Shown piece by piece: positions 24,851 through 37,989 of a DNA stretch of 64,000 bases. Numbering within the stretch: the first letter of the stretch is position 1; each line of letters starts with the position of its first letter. Both the position numbers and the translations under genes were made by a program. The notes below the pieces were generated by a model that was not told the origin of the DNA, made no database searches, and saw only the letters and a program-made list of their open reading frames with translations. The stretch is from Malacoraja senta. Taxonomy: Eukaryota. The DNA lies in the NCBI GenBank assembly GCA_038087875.1, contig CM075996.1, positions 2,358,001 through 2,422,000 on the forward strand. Direction: 5' to 3'.

Positions 24851-25782
24851 ACTTGCTATCTGTGTTGGATCCATGCTCTTTTATCTTTAAGTTATAGAGT
24901 GATACTGCGAGTTAACAGGCCCTTCGGCCCAACTTGCCCACACCGGCCAACGTCCCAGCTACACTAGTCTCATCTGCCCACATTTGGTCCTTATCCCTCC
25001 AAACCTGTCCTATCCATGTACCTGTCTAACTGTTTCTTAAATGCTGGGATAGTCCCGGCCTCAACTACCTCCTCTGGCAGCTTGTTCCAGACACCCACCA
25101 CCCTTTGTGTGAAAAGTTACCCCTCAGATTCCTATTAAATCTTTTCCCCTTCACCTTAAACCTATGTCCTCTGGTCCTCGATTCGCCTACTCTGGGCAAG
25201 AGACTCTGCATCTTCCCGATCTATTCCTCTTATGATTTTATATACCAACAGACGATATTAACCCCCAAAAATATTTGTTTCTTAGTACAATGAGTGGAGT
25301 CCACCTCTGTTCACTAGTCGAGTAATTTGTATAAAAGATAGACACAAAAAGCTGGAGTAACTCAGCGGGTGAGGCAGCATCTCTGGAGAGAAGGAATGGG
25401 TGACGTTTTGGGTCGAGACCTTTCTTCAGACAAGTAAATTGTATTTTGGGAGGGAAAACAGATCATTTAATCCTTTTAATTTGTCATTCAATTGGACCCT
25501 GGCTGTATCCCATTTCCTCAACCTTTCTTAGACAGTTCCTAGTTAGAAACATAGAAAATAGGTGCAGGTGTAGGCCATTCGGCCCTTCATGCCAGCACCG
25601 CCATTCAATATGATCATGACTGATCATCCAAAATCAGTACCCCGTTCCTGCTTTCTCCCCATATCCCTTGACTCCTTTAGCCCTAAGAGTCGGCACAAAA
25701 GGTGAGCAAGTGAACCTCCCTAGCTCCAATTATCAAACCAATCCATTGAGGAAAAGGAGAAAGATACTTTAAATGAAGAAGT

Positions 25783-26096
25783 TAGTTTAGACTTTAGAGA
25801 TACAGCGCGGAAACAGGCCCCTCGGCCCACCGGGTACGTGCCAACCAATGATCTCTCCGCACACTAGCACCATCCTACACACACTAGGGAGTTTACAATT
25901 TTTACCCGAAGCCAATTAACCCACAAACCTGTACGTCTTTGGAGTGTGGGAGGAAACCGGAGCACCCGGAGAAAACCCACGCGGTCACAGGGAGAACGTA
26001 CAAACTCCGTGCAGACAGCACCCGTAGTCCAGACGGAACCCGGGTCCCTGGTGCTGTGAGGCAGCAGCTCTACCCGCTGCGCCACTGTGCCGCCCC
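25783..26096 (-). mobile_element. HE1-type tRNA-derived V-SINE; other copies at about 2278-2545, 5008-5288, 10115-10418, 14184-14478, 16055-16350, 37540-37883, 40478-40766, 44645-44838, 52486-52760 and 61664-62100
   Basis: Pol III A/B boxes (gtggcgcagcgg, ggttc..tc), V-domain gttctccc..cgtgggttttctccggg..ggtttcctcccacactccaaagac, CR1-like tail (ctaaa)n. Confidence 0.88.
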
Positions 26097-28270
26097 TGAT
26101 GTTGGGGGTGATTCAAAAGAATGGCTTAACCCTTAATTCTCATTGTATTTATGTACAGACCATGCCAAGGTAACCAACTGCTTCTGTTTTTTTTACAGAC
26201 ATGCATAGGTCAGTTTTATCCATAAGTGTGAAAATACACAAAACCTACTGAATGTAACCATGCCACCACAGTATTGCAATGAATGGTGTAAAAAGCACAC
26301 AAAGCTGATGAAGAACAATTACTAAAAGTGGATGGAGGAATTTAATTCTGTGCTACATAGGAATGCAAATATTAACATGTTGGTCTTTTCAAGTTTAATA
26401 ATATTTTGGGAGTTCGATTGCATGTATAAATGGCCATGGGTAGTGTAATCGTTCCGGGATTAATGAATTAATCAATCTTGGACCTCGTCCTTTCATGGCC
26501 CTGTGTCACCGAGACTTATCCAGCTGACAGCTTGGCCTGCAAGCAAAACAATCTCACAGCTGAGGTTTTAAACCAAGTGTCTTCTCCGATAGGCACAGTT
26601 GATCCCGTGGTGCTCTGCGTAGGAAATAACTTCCTGGGGTCTTGATGTCAAAATCCATCTCTCACACCAGCATTGCAAAAACTGAGGTTCAAGTTGTAAT
26701 CACATTGCCATGTGTGGGAGCTGGCTGTGTACAAAATGGCTGCATTAGAGCGATGAGCGTACATTGGGAAGTAAGCACCGCGGCTGTGGGGGGTTGGATT
26801 TATCCTGAGCTGGTGAATGGGGCTGCACAGAAAGGCTGGCTTTTTCAATAGTGGGTCCATCAGACCCGACAGCGGCAGCCCGGGAATGAGTAGGTTAACC
26901 TATGATGAGCATTTGTCGGCACTGGGCCTGTACCTGCTGGAGTTTAGAAGAATGAAGGGGGGGACCTCATTGACAGATACAGAATAGTGAAAGGCCTGGA
27001 TAGAATGGATGTGGAGAGGATGTTTCCACTAGTGGGTGAGTCTCGGACCAGAGGTCTCAGCCTCAATAAAAGGACGTTCTTTTAGGAAGGAGATGAGGAG
27101 AAATTTCTTTAGTCAGAGGGTGGTGAATATGTGGGATTCTTTGCCACAGAATGCTGTGGAGGCCAAGTCGGGATATTTTTAAGGCAGAGATGGATGGATT
27201 TCTGATTAGTACAGGTGTCGCAGTAGGCAGGAGAATGGGGTGAGGAGGGAGAGATAGATAGATCTAGCATGATTGAATGGCAGAGTTGACTTGATGGGCC
27301 AAATGGCCTAATTCTACTCCTATTCCTTGTGACCTGAAGATTGGATTTGCAAGATACATTTTTACACACCCCAAGGGTGTACAGGAGATGTTGGCACCTT
27401 TCAACAGAGGCTGAAGCTTGGTCAAAGGAACTTGGTCAAAGGAGCTTGTTTGTCCAAGGCAAGTGGAGGAGAGATTTGTGGTGGGGCAGCTAGGACAATG
27501 CCCAGAAAAATGTCGGGCAGCATCTGTGGAGAGTGAAACTATCGACGTTTCAATGACCTTCGTGGGAACTGAAGATGGTGGTTTGGGTCTTTCCTATACT
27601 CTGGGGAAATAGATAGGTGGTGTTTTGGGCCGAGACCCTTCTTCAGAAGAGTCTGAAGAAGAATCCCGACCCCAAATATCGCCTGTCGACCCAAAACGTC
27701 TCCCTCTGCAGATGCTGCTTGACCCACTGAGTTACTCCAGCACTTCAGGTTTGTAGACATAGGGGCCTATCGTGGACAAGTGGAGCTGTGACTCTTCAAC
27801 CCATGGACGGGTTGGGCTGAAGGGCGTATTTCCGTGCCTCTGACAACAGGAACAGGGCATGAGCTGGTAGTGAAGAGGAGAGGCAGCAGATGAGAACTGC
27901 AAAGGTGTGCAGTCTAAAGATAGACGCAAAAAGCTGGAGTAACTCAGTGGGACAGGCAGCGTCTCTGAAGAGAAGGAATGGGTGACGTTTCGGGTCGAGA
28001 CCCTTCAGTCTGAAACGTCCCGTTTTCGGGTCGGAGCCCTTCAGACTGGAGGTATGTCTCATTTTCCCACCTTACACATCCTTATCTGTGTCTCCCTCTC
28101 CCCTGACTCTCAGTCTGAAGAAGGGTCTCGACCCAAAACTTCACCCGTTCCTCCTCTCCGGAGATGCTGCCTGTCCTGCTGGGTTACTCCAGCATTTTGT
28201 GTCTATCATTGGTTTAAACCAGCATCTTGCAGTTCCTTCCCTCACAAGGTGTAGAGTCTTGCAGGAACAG

Positions 28271-28750
28271 TCAATCGGTTAAGAAGTCCTTCATGGAGCT
28301 GAGGCTGAAACTGCGCGAGGCTAGGCTTGTGGTGGCCGTCGAGTGGATCCTGGGGATCTTGTCCATGAGTTTGGATGAGACTTTCCTGCGGAAGGCCGAG
28401 AGGGCTCCCGTGCTGGCCACCTCCCGGTAAAGCAGGCTGAAGACCGCCACCGTCTCCTCGTAGCTGTCCCTGGCCGAAACCTCGAAGAAGGGGCACTTGA
28501 GCGCTTGCCCGATATTGCTGCCCTCGTCCGTGGTGACCATGCGGTCGTACTGGAGGTCCTTCTTGTTGGCGACAATCACCACGGGTGGTTGCGTGTCGCT
28601 GTGGCAGCGCTTCACGTTGGAGTGGATGTGGCTGATGAGGAAGCGAAGGCGGAGGACCTCATCGAAGCTGCAGCGGTCCGTCACAGAGTAGGCGATGATA
28701 AAGCCCTCCGCCCACTTGATCTTCTCCTCGATTAACATCGCATCCTCTTC
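28271..28750 (-). CDS. RERG/RASL-family GTPase, exon 4 (EEDAMLIEEKIKWAEGF...NKKD...EVSAR...SMKDFLTD-stop); spliced protein 241 aa, no CAAX
   Basis: Acceptor ttttctttgcaaag, G4 NKKD and G5 SAR motifs, open to TGA at 28271. Confidence 0.93.
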   Translation of the reverse strand, partial: EEDAMLIEEKIKWAEGFIIAYSVTDRCSFDEVLRLRFLISHIHSNVKRCHSDTQPPVVIVANKKDLQYDRMVTTDEGSNIGQALKCPFFEVSARDSYEETVAVFSLLYREVASTGALSAFRRKVSSKLMDKIPRIHSTATTSLASRSFSLSSMKDFLTD

Positions 28751-29116
28751 CTTTGCAAAGAAAAGGTTGTTAGTTAGACAATAGACAATAGGTGCAGGAG
28801 TAGGCCATTCGGCACTTCGAGCCAGCACCGCCATTCAATGTGATCATGGCTGATCATCCACAATCAGTACCCCGTTCCTGCCTTCTCCCCATATCCCCTG
28901 ACTCCGCTATTTTTAAGAGCCCTATCTAACTCTCTCTTGAAAGCATCCAGAGAACCTGCCTCCACCGCCCTCTGAGGCAGAGAATTCCACAGACTCACAA
29001 CTCTCTGTGAGAAAAAGTGTTTCCTCGTCTCCGTTCTAAATGGCTTACCCCTTATTCTTAAAATAGAGATACAGCGCGGAAACAAGCCCTTCAGCCCACC
29101 GAGTCCGTGCCGACCA

Positions 29117-29312
29117 GGCTGTCCCACTTTCACGACCTAATTCACGATCTCTGCCGAGCTTGCCCTTGACTCATACTCGCAGCATGGTCATCACGAGGTC
29201 GTAGCAGGCCGTGATGCTAGTCGTAGGTACTCGTGGCATCGAGTAGGCCGGGGCGTTTTTTCTAGCCTGATAAAAAATGTCCACGAGTAAAAAAGGTCGT
29301 GAAAGTGGATGG
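29117..29312. mobile_element. MITE-like DNA element inserted in an HE1 SINE
   Basis: 15-bp perfect inverted repeat ccactttcacgacct (29124-29138) / aggtcgtgaaagtgg (29294-29308). The terminus ggc(c)tgtcccact recurs at 44018-44031. Confidence 0.65.
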
Positions 29313-29477
29313 ACTAGGGACAATTTTTTTTTTACATTTACCAAGCCAATTCACCTACACACCTGTACGTCTGGAGCGTGAGAGGAAACCAAAGATCTCG
29401 GAGAAAACCCACGGGGAGAACGTACAGACTCCGTACAGAAACAAAGGACTGAAAATATCAAAGACACAAAATACTGG

Positions 29478-29800
29478 AGACCCTTCTTCAGACAGAGTCA
29501 GGGGAGAGGGAGACACAGAGATATGGAAGGGGGTGGGAAACAAGATCAAAGGGGATGGTTCTTTGTTGGCTGAGGGGAAGGTGACAACGAGGCATACAAT
29601 CAGGAATAATTTAATCAGGAGGACAACGAAACTAGTTGAAGAACTAGGATGGAGAGAGAGGGAAAGCAAGGGTTATTTGAAGTTGGGGAAGTCAATATTC
29701 ATACCGCTGGGGTGTAAGCTGCCCAAGTGAAATATGAGGTACTGTTCCTCCAATTTGCACTGGGCCTCACTGGCAGTGGAGGCGGCCCAGGACAGAAAGG
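29478..29800 (-). mobile_element. Penelope-like element 3' fragment (GIY-YIG end plus pLTR)
   Basis: EAQCKLEEQYLIFHLGSLHPSGMNIDFPNFK in the ORF track, followed by the same pLTR sequence. Confidence 0.75.
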
Positions 29801-30585
29801 TCAGTGTGGGAATGGGAGGGGAAGTTAAAGTGTGTTTAACGAAGAACTGCAGGTGCAGGTTAATACAAAAAAAGAACACAAAGTGCTGGAGTCATCTATG
29901 GATGGAAATGGACAGGTGATGTTATGGGTTGGGACCCTTCAGACTGATGGAGTTGGGGCAGAAAGCTGGAAAAGAGGTGGGGGTGGGACAAAGCCTGGCA
30001 GGGCTTTTAAGAATAAGGAATAAGCCATTTAGAATGGAGATGAGGAAACACTTTTTCTCGCAGAGAGTGGTGAGTCTGTGGAATTCTCTGCCTCAGAGGG
30101 CAGTGGAGGCGGGTTCTCTGGATGCTTTCAAGAGAGAGCTAGATAGGGCTCTTAAAAATAGCGGAGTCAGGGGATATGGGGAGAAAGCAGGAACGGGGTA
30201 CTGATTGGGGATGATCAGCCATGATCACATTGAATGGCGGTGTTGGCTCCAAGGGCCAAATGGCCTACTCTTGCACCTATTGTCTAAGTGAGAGGAAGGA
30301 ACTGCAGATGCTGGCTTATAGCACAAAGCCGCCTGAGCCCTCTGAGTTGCTCCTGCACTTTGTGTCTATCCTGGCAAGTGATAGGTGGGTACAGGTGAGG
30401 GATGATTATTGGCAGATGGGTTGAGTGCTTGACAAGGGCTGGAGGTGAAGAAGAGACAAGGGGTGTCAGATGCGAAGAGAAGGAGTGAACGGTGAGGCGA
30501 TGATTGTCCATGGTCTTATGGAGGAGCTCTGCGGGACTGGCGTGGTACTGTGTCCTCCACCAGGTTGTGGTCTGGCTGCCATTAC

Positions 30586-30659
30586 CTGTCCAGCAGTGTC
30601 GAGGATCTCAAACTGCACGCATTCACCGTCCACTGAGAACGTGTGTCTGTATATCGTTT
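30586..30659 (-). CDS. RERG/RASL-family GTPase, exon 3 (ETIYRHTFSVDGECVQFEILDTAGQ)
   Basis: AG/GTAAT boundaries, G3 box DTAGQ. Confidence 0.93.
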
Positions 30660-32638
30660 CTGTGGACAGGGAGAAACATTTATTTACAGGTTGCTTCACG
30701 ACTCGGGCTGCTCCGACATTAAAGCTTGGTGGCGCAGCGGCAGAGTTGCCGCATCACCGCGCCAGAGACCCGGGTTCGGTCCTGACTACGGGTGCTGTCT
30801 GTACGATCTCCCTGTGGCCGCGTGGGCTTACTCCCGCACTCCAAAGATGTGCAGGTTTGTCGGCTATTTGACTTGGTTTCATTGTAAATTGGCTCTAGTG
30901 TGTGTTAGTTAAACAGTACCTTTGGCCCACCGACCAGCGATTGTCCCGCACATTAACGCTATTCCTCCCCCCCCCCCTCCCTCACACACACACACACACA
31001 CACGAGACAATTTACAACGTTTACAGAAGCCAATTAACCTACAAACCTGTATCTTTGGAGTGTGGGAGGAAACCGGAGCACCCGGAGAAAACCCGCGCGG
31101 TCACAGAATGTACAAACTCCGTACAGACAGCACCCTAGTCAGGATCGATCCCGGGTCTCTGGGGCTGTTGGGCAGCAACTCTACCGCTGTGCTTTTCACA
31201 CAAAAAAATGGGATTAATGCAGGATTGGTGTATAGGGGTGATGATGGCCAGCATTAACTTGATGGGCTGAAGGGCCTGTTTCCTGTGCTGTTTCTCACTC
31301 TGGCTCGGTTTCACGATATCGAGGCGGCAACCTATATATGTGCATTTATATCGTTAAGCCGGCCTTGCCCTTACAGAATTTACCAGTTTATCTCTGATCC
31401 GTGTAGGAAGGAACTGCAGATGCTGGTTTACACCGAATACAGACACAAAATGCTGGAGTAACTCAGCGGGACGGGCAGCATCTCTGGAGAGAAGGGATAG
31501 GGTGACGTTTCGGGTCGAGAGAAGGATCTCAACCTGAAATGTCACCCATTCCTTCTCTCCAGAGATGCTGCCTGTCCGGCTGAGTTACTCCAGCATTTTG
31601 CGTCTATCTCTGATCAGTGTTGGGCATGAGATTACAGTGCTGATTTTTGATGCTGCCTTTTATCACATAGATGAGATGTTACAGCCGCCAGACGGCACAC
31701 AACAGGGCCCTGCCACATTCCAGCACCTCTCATCATAGACACAGACACAAACTCTCTCTGATACACCACCCAGAGGCAGCATCACTGCACTGTTCAAAAG
31801 TTCACGGGCCAGAATTAGGCCATTCGGCCCATCGAGTCTGCTCTGCCATTCAATCATGGCTGATAGACACAAAATTCTGGAGTAACTCAGCGGGACAGGC
31901 AGCAGAAGGAATTCCTGGAGAGAAGGAATGGGTGGCGTTTCGGGTCGAGACCCTTCTTCAGACTGAAGTCAGGGCTGTACAGAGAAAAAATGTGGTCGGA
32001 GACAGTAAGACTGGTAGGAGAACTGGGAGAGGGGGGAGGAAGAGATCTCTGCCTCCTAATCCCATTTTCCTGCCTTCTCCCCACAACCCTTGACATCCGT
32101 TCTAATCAAGAGTTTGTCTATCTCTGCCTTAAAAACATCCACAGACTTGGCCTCCGCAGCCCTCTGTGGCAATGAGTTCCACAGATTAACTATCCTCTGG
32201 CTAAAGAAGGGCCACAGCACGGACTCTCAGGCCTGCCTCAACCCAGTATAAAGGACGTTCCTTTAGGAAGGAGATGAGGAATTTCTTTAGTCAGAGGGTG
32301 GTGAATCTGTGGAATTCTTTACCACAGACGGCTGTGGAGGCCAAGTCAATGGATATTTTTACGGCTGAGATACTGTAGATAGATTCCTGATTGGTACGGG
32401 TGTCAGGGGTTATGGGGAGAAGGTAGGAGAATGGGGATGGGTCAGCCTCGTTTGAATGGCGGAGTCAACTTGATGGGCCAAATGGCCTAATTCTTCTCCT
32501 ATCACTCATGAACTTATGAGTCTGAAGAAAGGTTTCGGCCCGAAACGTTGCCTATTTCCTTCGCTCCATAGATGCTGCCGCACCCGCTGAGGTTCTCCAG
32601 CAATTTAGTCTACCTTATGAACTTATGACCCCACTCAC

Positions 32639-32695
32639 CCAAGGTCGGGTCGTACTCGCCGATGAAGCGCTTTGTGATGAAACGCACTGTGATCG
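32639..32695 (-). CDS. RERG/RASL-family GTPase, exon 2 (AITVRFITKRFIGEYDPTL)
   Basis: AG/GTGAG boundaries, phase 1-1. Switch-I YDPTL and RFITKRFI are typical of RERG/RASL11/RASL12. Confidence 0.92.
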
Positions 32696-34524
32696 CTGGA
32701 GGAGGAAAAGGAGAGTTAGATCAGAGATGCCGTGGGTCAGACCCGCCCCTGTGCCTCCCCTCTCCTCCCCGCCGACTTGCAGCTACCTGGGGCAGCGGGT
32801 AGAGCTGCTTCCTCACAACGCCAGAGACTCTGGTTCACTGGAGTTTACAAGGATGAGGAGGGGGAATCTTATGGAAACGTATAAAATTATAAAAGGACTG
32901 GACAGGGTAGATGCAGGAAAAATGTTCCCAATGTTGGGGGAGTCCAGAACCAGGGGCCACAGTCTAAGAATAAAGGGGAGGCCATTTAAGACTGAGATGA
33001 GAAAATACTTTTTCACCCAGAGAGTTGCGAATTTGTGGAATTCTCTGCTGCAGAAAGCAGTGGAGGCCAATTCATTGGATGGATTTAAGAGAGCGTTAGA
33101 TAGAGCTCTAGGGGCTGGTGGAATCAAGGGATATGGGTTACTGATTGTGGACGATCAGCCATGATCACAATGAATGGCGGTGCAGGCTCGAAGGGCCAAA
33201 TGACCTCCTCCTGCACCTATTTTCAATGTTTCAATCCTGACCTTGGGTGCTGTCTATGTGGAGTTTGCACGATCTCCCTGTGACCGCGTAGGTTTTCTCC
33301 GGATGCTCCGCTTTGAATAAATGATACTGTATTGTCACATGTGACAAGTCACAGTGATTATCTTTGGTTATGCGCGCCCAAGGTATGCAAAGAGTCGCTA
33401 CCTAAAGGGCGTCGACAACCTCACAGGTATTACATTTTAACACAAACCGTTTTTAACACAATCCATTTACGATCCTCCTTGGTTCTTGGTGGTTCCCCAA
33501 CATCCCAAAGTTGTGCAGGTTGAGAGAATAAATGGCTTCAGTAAATTGCCCCTAGTGTGTGTAGGGAGTGGATGTGAGGTTGGAATAACACGGAACTAGT
33601 CTGATCGATGGTCAGAAGATGGACACTAAAAGCTGGAGTAACTCAGCGGGTCAGGCAGCATCTCTGGAGAGAAGGAATAGGTGATGTTTCGGGTCGAGAC
33701 CCTTCTTCAGACATTCTGTCACCTGCTCGCTGGGGACGTTGGCACAAAACTAAGATAGGCTGAGACTGTTCAATGTTTAAGAAGGAACTGCAGTTGCTGC
33801 AAAAATCGAAGGTAGACAAAAAAGTAGGGAGAAACTCAGCGGGTGAGGCAGCATCTATGGAGCGAAGGAAATAGGCGAAGGGTCTCGACCCGAAACGTCG
33901 CCAATTCCTTCTCTCCATAGATGCTGCCTCGCCCGCTGAGTTTCTCCAGCATTTTTGTCTGCTTTGTGTTCAATTATGTTTCACCTGCATGTTATTATCA
34001 TTGTGTTACCTCATGAGTTCCCTATTTAAGTGCTGATGTTTGTCTCTGTCTTTGGTGTCCCCCCCACCCCCCACCCCCCAAGTCCTTCCTCCTGGCTTCT
34101 GTGCCTTCACCCCACTCGGGGAGATGTCTCTCTAAATATCATTACAGTCTCAAAAAAAGGAAGCCAATATCACCAAGGCCCACACTGTCATCTCGTTCGG
34201 GAAGAAACATAGAAACATAGGAAATAGGTGCAAGAGTAGGCCATTTGGCCCTACGAGCCAGCCATTTATTATAATCATGGATGATCATCATTCCTGCTTT
34301 CTCCCCATATCCCTTGATTCCGTTAGCCCTAAGAGCTAAATCCAACTCTCTCTTGAAACTTCTTGGAAGAAGTTCTCCTCCTCTCTCCAACGAGAGCTGT
34401 GTAACATCCTCTCTCTTGCTGTGATTCCTCCTTCTCTCATTCATTTGTTCCATGACCCCCCAACTCCCCTGCAGTTTAGAGGGAACTTTTGCCCCCCAAG
34501 TTCACCGGCCGAGTGGCATCTTAC

Positions 34525-34639
34525 CTGTTTTCCCCACTGCCGCTTGGCCCAGCACCGCGACCCGCACCGTCCTGCAGGCGGCCAGCTGTTGTTGGGCTCT
34601 TTTCAGGGGACGGGGCAACCGCTGGAAATTGGTGGTCAT
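34525..34639 (-). CDS. RERG/RASL-family Ras-like GTPase, exon 1 (MTTNFQRLPRPLKRAQQQLAACRTVRVAVLGQAAVGKT)
   Basis: ATG at 34639 (gagATG), G1 box GQAAVGKT, GTAAG donor. Confidence 0.85.
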
Positions 34640-34931
34640 CTCCAACGCGCTCACCTGGGGGTCATGGTCCCGGTCCCGGTCCCTGTCCCTGTCCCTGTCC
34701 CCGCAGCCGCCGCTTACAGCAGAGAAACGTCCCCGAAACTTCCTCTCTCCACTGTTCCCACCAGCCTTCTTGTCGCTCCCCTGTGTGTCAGTGCTGTCCA
34801 GCAACGACAATGCCAAATACTTTCAAGCCGGCGCCTCAACAACCCGCCCCACTCTAGTGCCACAGTGACGCAAGTTGCTTGCATCGTCCACACGTTGTTA
34901 ATAGGTCCTACTGCCCGCCGCGTCTAATGCT

Positions 34932-35781
34932 GCACACACTCACTCACACTCACACTCACACACTCTCGCTCACACGCACACACACACACACACACTCACA
35001 CACACTCTTACACTCACACACACACACTCACTCACACTCACACACACACACTCACTCACACTCACTCACACACTCTCACACACACACACACTCACACACA
35101 CACACACACACACTCACTCACACACTCTCACACACACACACACACTCACACACTCACTCACACACACACTCTCACACACACACACACTCACACACTCACT
35201 CACACACACACTCTCACACACACACACACTCACACACACACTCACTCACACTCACACTCACACACTCTCGCTCACACACACTCTCACTCACACTCACACA
35301 CACTCTTACACTCACACACACACACTCACTCACACTCACACACACACACTCACTCACAAACATACACTCACTCACACACACACACTCTTACACTCACACA
35401 CACACACTCTCGCTCACACGCACACACACACACTCTCTCACTCACACACACACTCGCTCACACACACACACACACTCTCACTCACACACACACACTCTCA
35501 CTCACACACACACACACTCTCACTCACACACTCACACACACACTCACTCACACACTCACACTCACACACACACACTCACTTACACTCACACACACACTCG
35601 CTCACACACACACACACTCTCACACACACACACACTCACACACACACTCTCGCTCACAGACACACACACACACTCTCACTCACACACTCACACACTCACA
35701 CACACACACTCTCACTCACACACACACTCACACACACTCACACACACGCACTCACACACACACACACTCACACACACACAC
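34932..35781. repeat. ~850-bp (CA)n/(CACT) microsatellite array
   Basis: Directly visible. Confidence 0.97.
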
Positions 35782-36869
35782 AGGAAGGAACTGCAGAAGC
35801 TGGCTTACACCAAAGATAGACACAATGTGCTGGAGTAACTCAGCGGGACAGGCAGGCCTATCTCTGCTCCCATCACTTATGACTTTATGACCCTTTGTCA
35901 TCACCTCTTCCCCAGCCAACAATGGACCATTGTGGGCTCCACCCTTCCCCTTGGCTGGGAGACAGATTCCTCATAGACTGGGTAAAGCATCTCCTAGTGA
36001 TTCATCGCAGTTCAGTTCAGTACAGTAGGTTCTAGGGGCAGAATTAGGCCATTCGGCCCACATCAAGTCTACTCCCCCATTCAATCATGGCTGATCTATC
36101 TCTCCCTCCTAACCCCATTCTCCTGCCTTCTCCCCATAACCCCTGACACCCGCACTAATCAAGAATCTATCAATGGGTGACGTTTCGGGTCAAGACTCTT
36201 CAGTCTGAAGAAGGATCTCGACCCCGAAACATCACCCATTCCTTCTCTCAAGTGATGCTGCCTGTCTCGCCGAGTTCCTCCAGCACTTTGTGATTTGCTC
36301 AAGATTCCAGTGTCTGCAGTTCCTTGTGCCTGCACCTTCTGGGGTTGTCCAGGAGGTGGGACTGCATCCTCCGTTTTGAGGGACTCACAGGATTCACAGT
36401 CGAATCTCAGGAACAGTGAAATCAGGATCTCTGCAACTCCTCTCACTAGAGAGCTGTGCTGAGCTACTATCTACCTCATTGGTGACCCTCAGACTATCAT
36501 TGATTGGACTTTGCTGGCTTTGCCTTGCACTAAACGTTATTCCCTTGATCCTGTATGTGTACACTGTGAATGGCTCGATTGTAATCATGTATTGTCTTTC
36601 CGCTGACTGGTTAGCACGCAACAAAAGCTTTTCACTGTACCTCGGTACACGTGACAGTAAACTAGACTGAAACTCTGGCCCTCTCACCCGCAAGTCTCTG
36701 ACTTCCTGGATTGTTTCACACAGACCCAGGGAACAGCAGTTCCTTGTGTCAGCAACTCATGTCCTGATTCATTGTCAAATCAACAGTTTCAGATCATCAT
36801 TATCTTTGCATGTGTCAGAACCAGTCTGTTCTCCTTCTATGTCCCACGTGTTCTCTGTATGTTCTCTGT

Positions 36870-37506
36870 AAGCTTGCAGGTACAGCAGGCAGTGATGAAA
36901 GCGAATGGCATGTTGGCCTTTATAACAAGAGGAATCGAATATAGGAACAAAGAGGTCCTTCTGCAGTTGTACAGAGCCCTAGTGAGACCACACCTGGAGT
37001 ATTGTGTGCAGTTTTGAGGAAGGGCATTCTTGCTATTGAGGGAGTGCAGCGTAGGTTCACCAGGATGGCGGGACTGTCATATGCTGAGGAATGGAGCTGC
37101 TGGGCTTGTACACTCTGGAGTTTAGAAGGATGAAACATATAAGATTGTTAAGGGCTTGGACACGCTAGAGGCAGGAAACATGTTCCCGATGTTGGGGGGA
37201 GTCCAGAACCAGGGGCCACACAGTTTAAGAATAAGGAGTAAGCCATTTAGAACGGAGACGAGGAAACACTTTTTCTCACAGAGAGCGGTGAGTCTGTGGA
37301 ATTCTCTGCCTCAGAGGGCGGTGGAGGCCGGTTCTCTGGATACTTTGAAGAGAGAGCTAGATAGGGCTCTTAAAAATAGCGGAGTCAGGGGATATGGGGT
37401 GAAGGCAGGAACGGGGTACTGATTGGGAATGATCAGCCATGATCACATTGAATGGCGGTGCTGGCTCGAAGGGCCGAATGGCCTACTCCTGCACCTATTG
37501 TCTATT
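36870..37506 (+). mobile_element. CR1 LINE 3' fragment
   Basis: KANGMLAFI...LVRPHLEYCVQF with deletions, (CTATTGT)n tail. Confidence 0.9.
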
Positions 37507-37989
37507 CTCTGCATGTTGTCTGCATGTCCATGGGACTGATTTAGTTTAGTACAGTTTTCGTTCAGAGATAACACACGGAAACAGGCCCTTCGACCCATCG
37601 AGTCCACGACGACCATCGCTCACCCGTTCTCACTAGTTCTATGTTATCCCACTTTCTCATCCACTCCCGACAATCTATGGGCAATTTACAGAGGGGCCGA
37701 TTAACCTACAAACCCGCACGTCTTTGGAGTGTGGGAAGAAACCGGAGCACCCGGAGAAAACCCACGCAGGTCACGGGGAGAACGTGCAAACTCCCTACCG
37801 ACAGCACCCGTAGTCGGGATCGAACCCGTGTGTCTCTGGTGCTGTGGGGCACCAACTCTGCCGCTGCGCCACCGTGCCGCCCCAATGGAGTTACTCCAGC
37901 ACTTTGTGTGTTTTTTTTTGTAAACCGGCATCTGCAGTTCCTCGTTTCTAAGTTCTTACTCGCATACCCCCGAACAATAGAGGGTTGAC

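Noticed and set aside
26020..26096. tRNA-like sequences with A and B boxes
   Set aside because: Heads of HE1-type SINEs, not complete cloverleaf tRNA genes.
34640..34816. N-terminal extension of the GTPase (MALSLL...DRDRD) in the ORF track
   Set aside because: It starts at TTG, not ATG. The first in-frame ATG is at 34639.
34879..35838. 319-aa His/Thr-rich ORF, and similar HT- or CV-rich ORFs at 5975-6459, 15511-16028 and 41821-42775
   Set aside because: These are translations of (CA)n/(TG)n microsatellites. Only the 41825-42016 part is a plausible exon.
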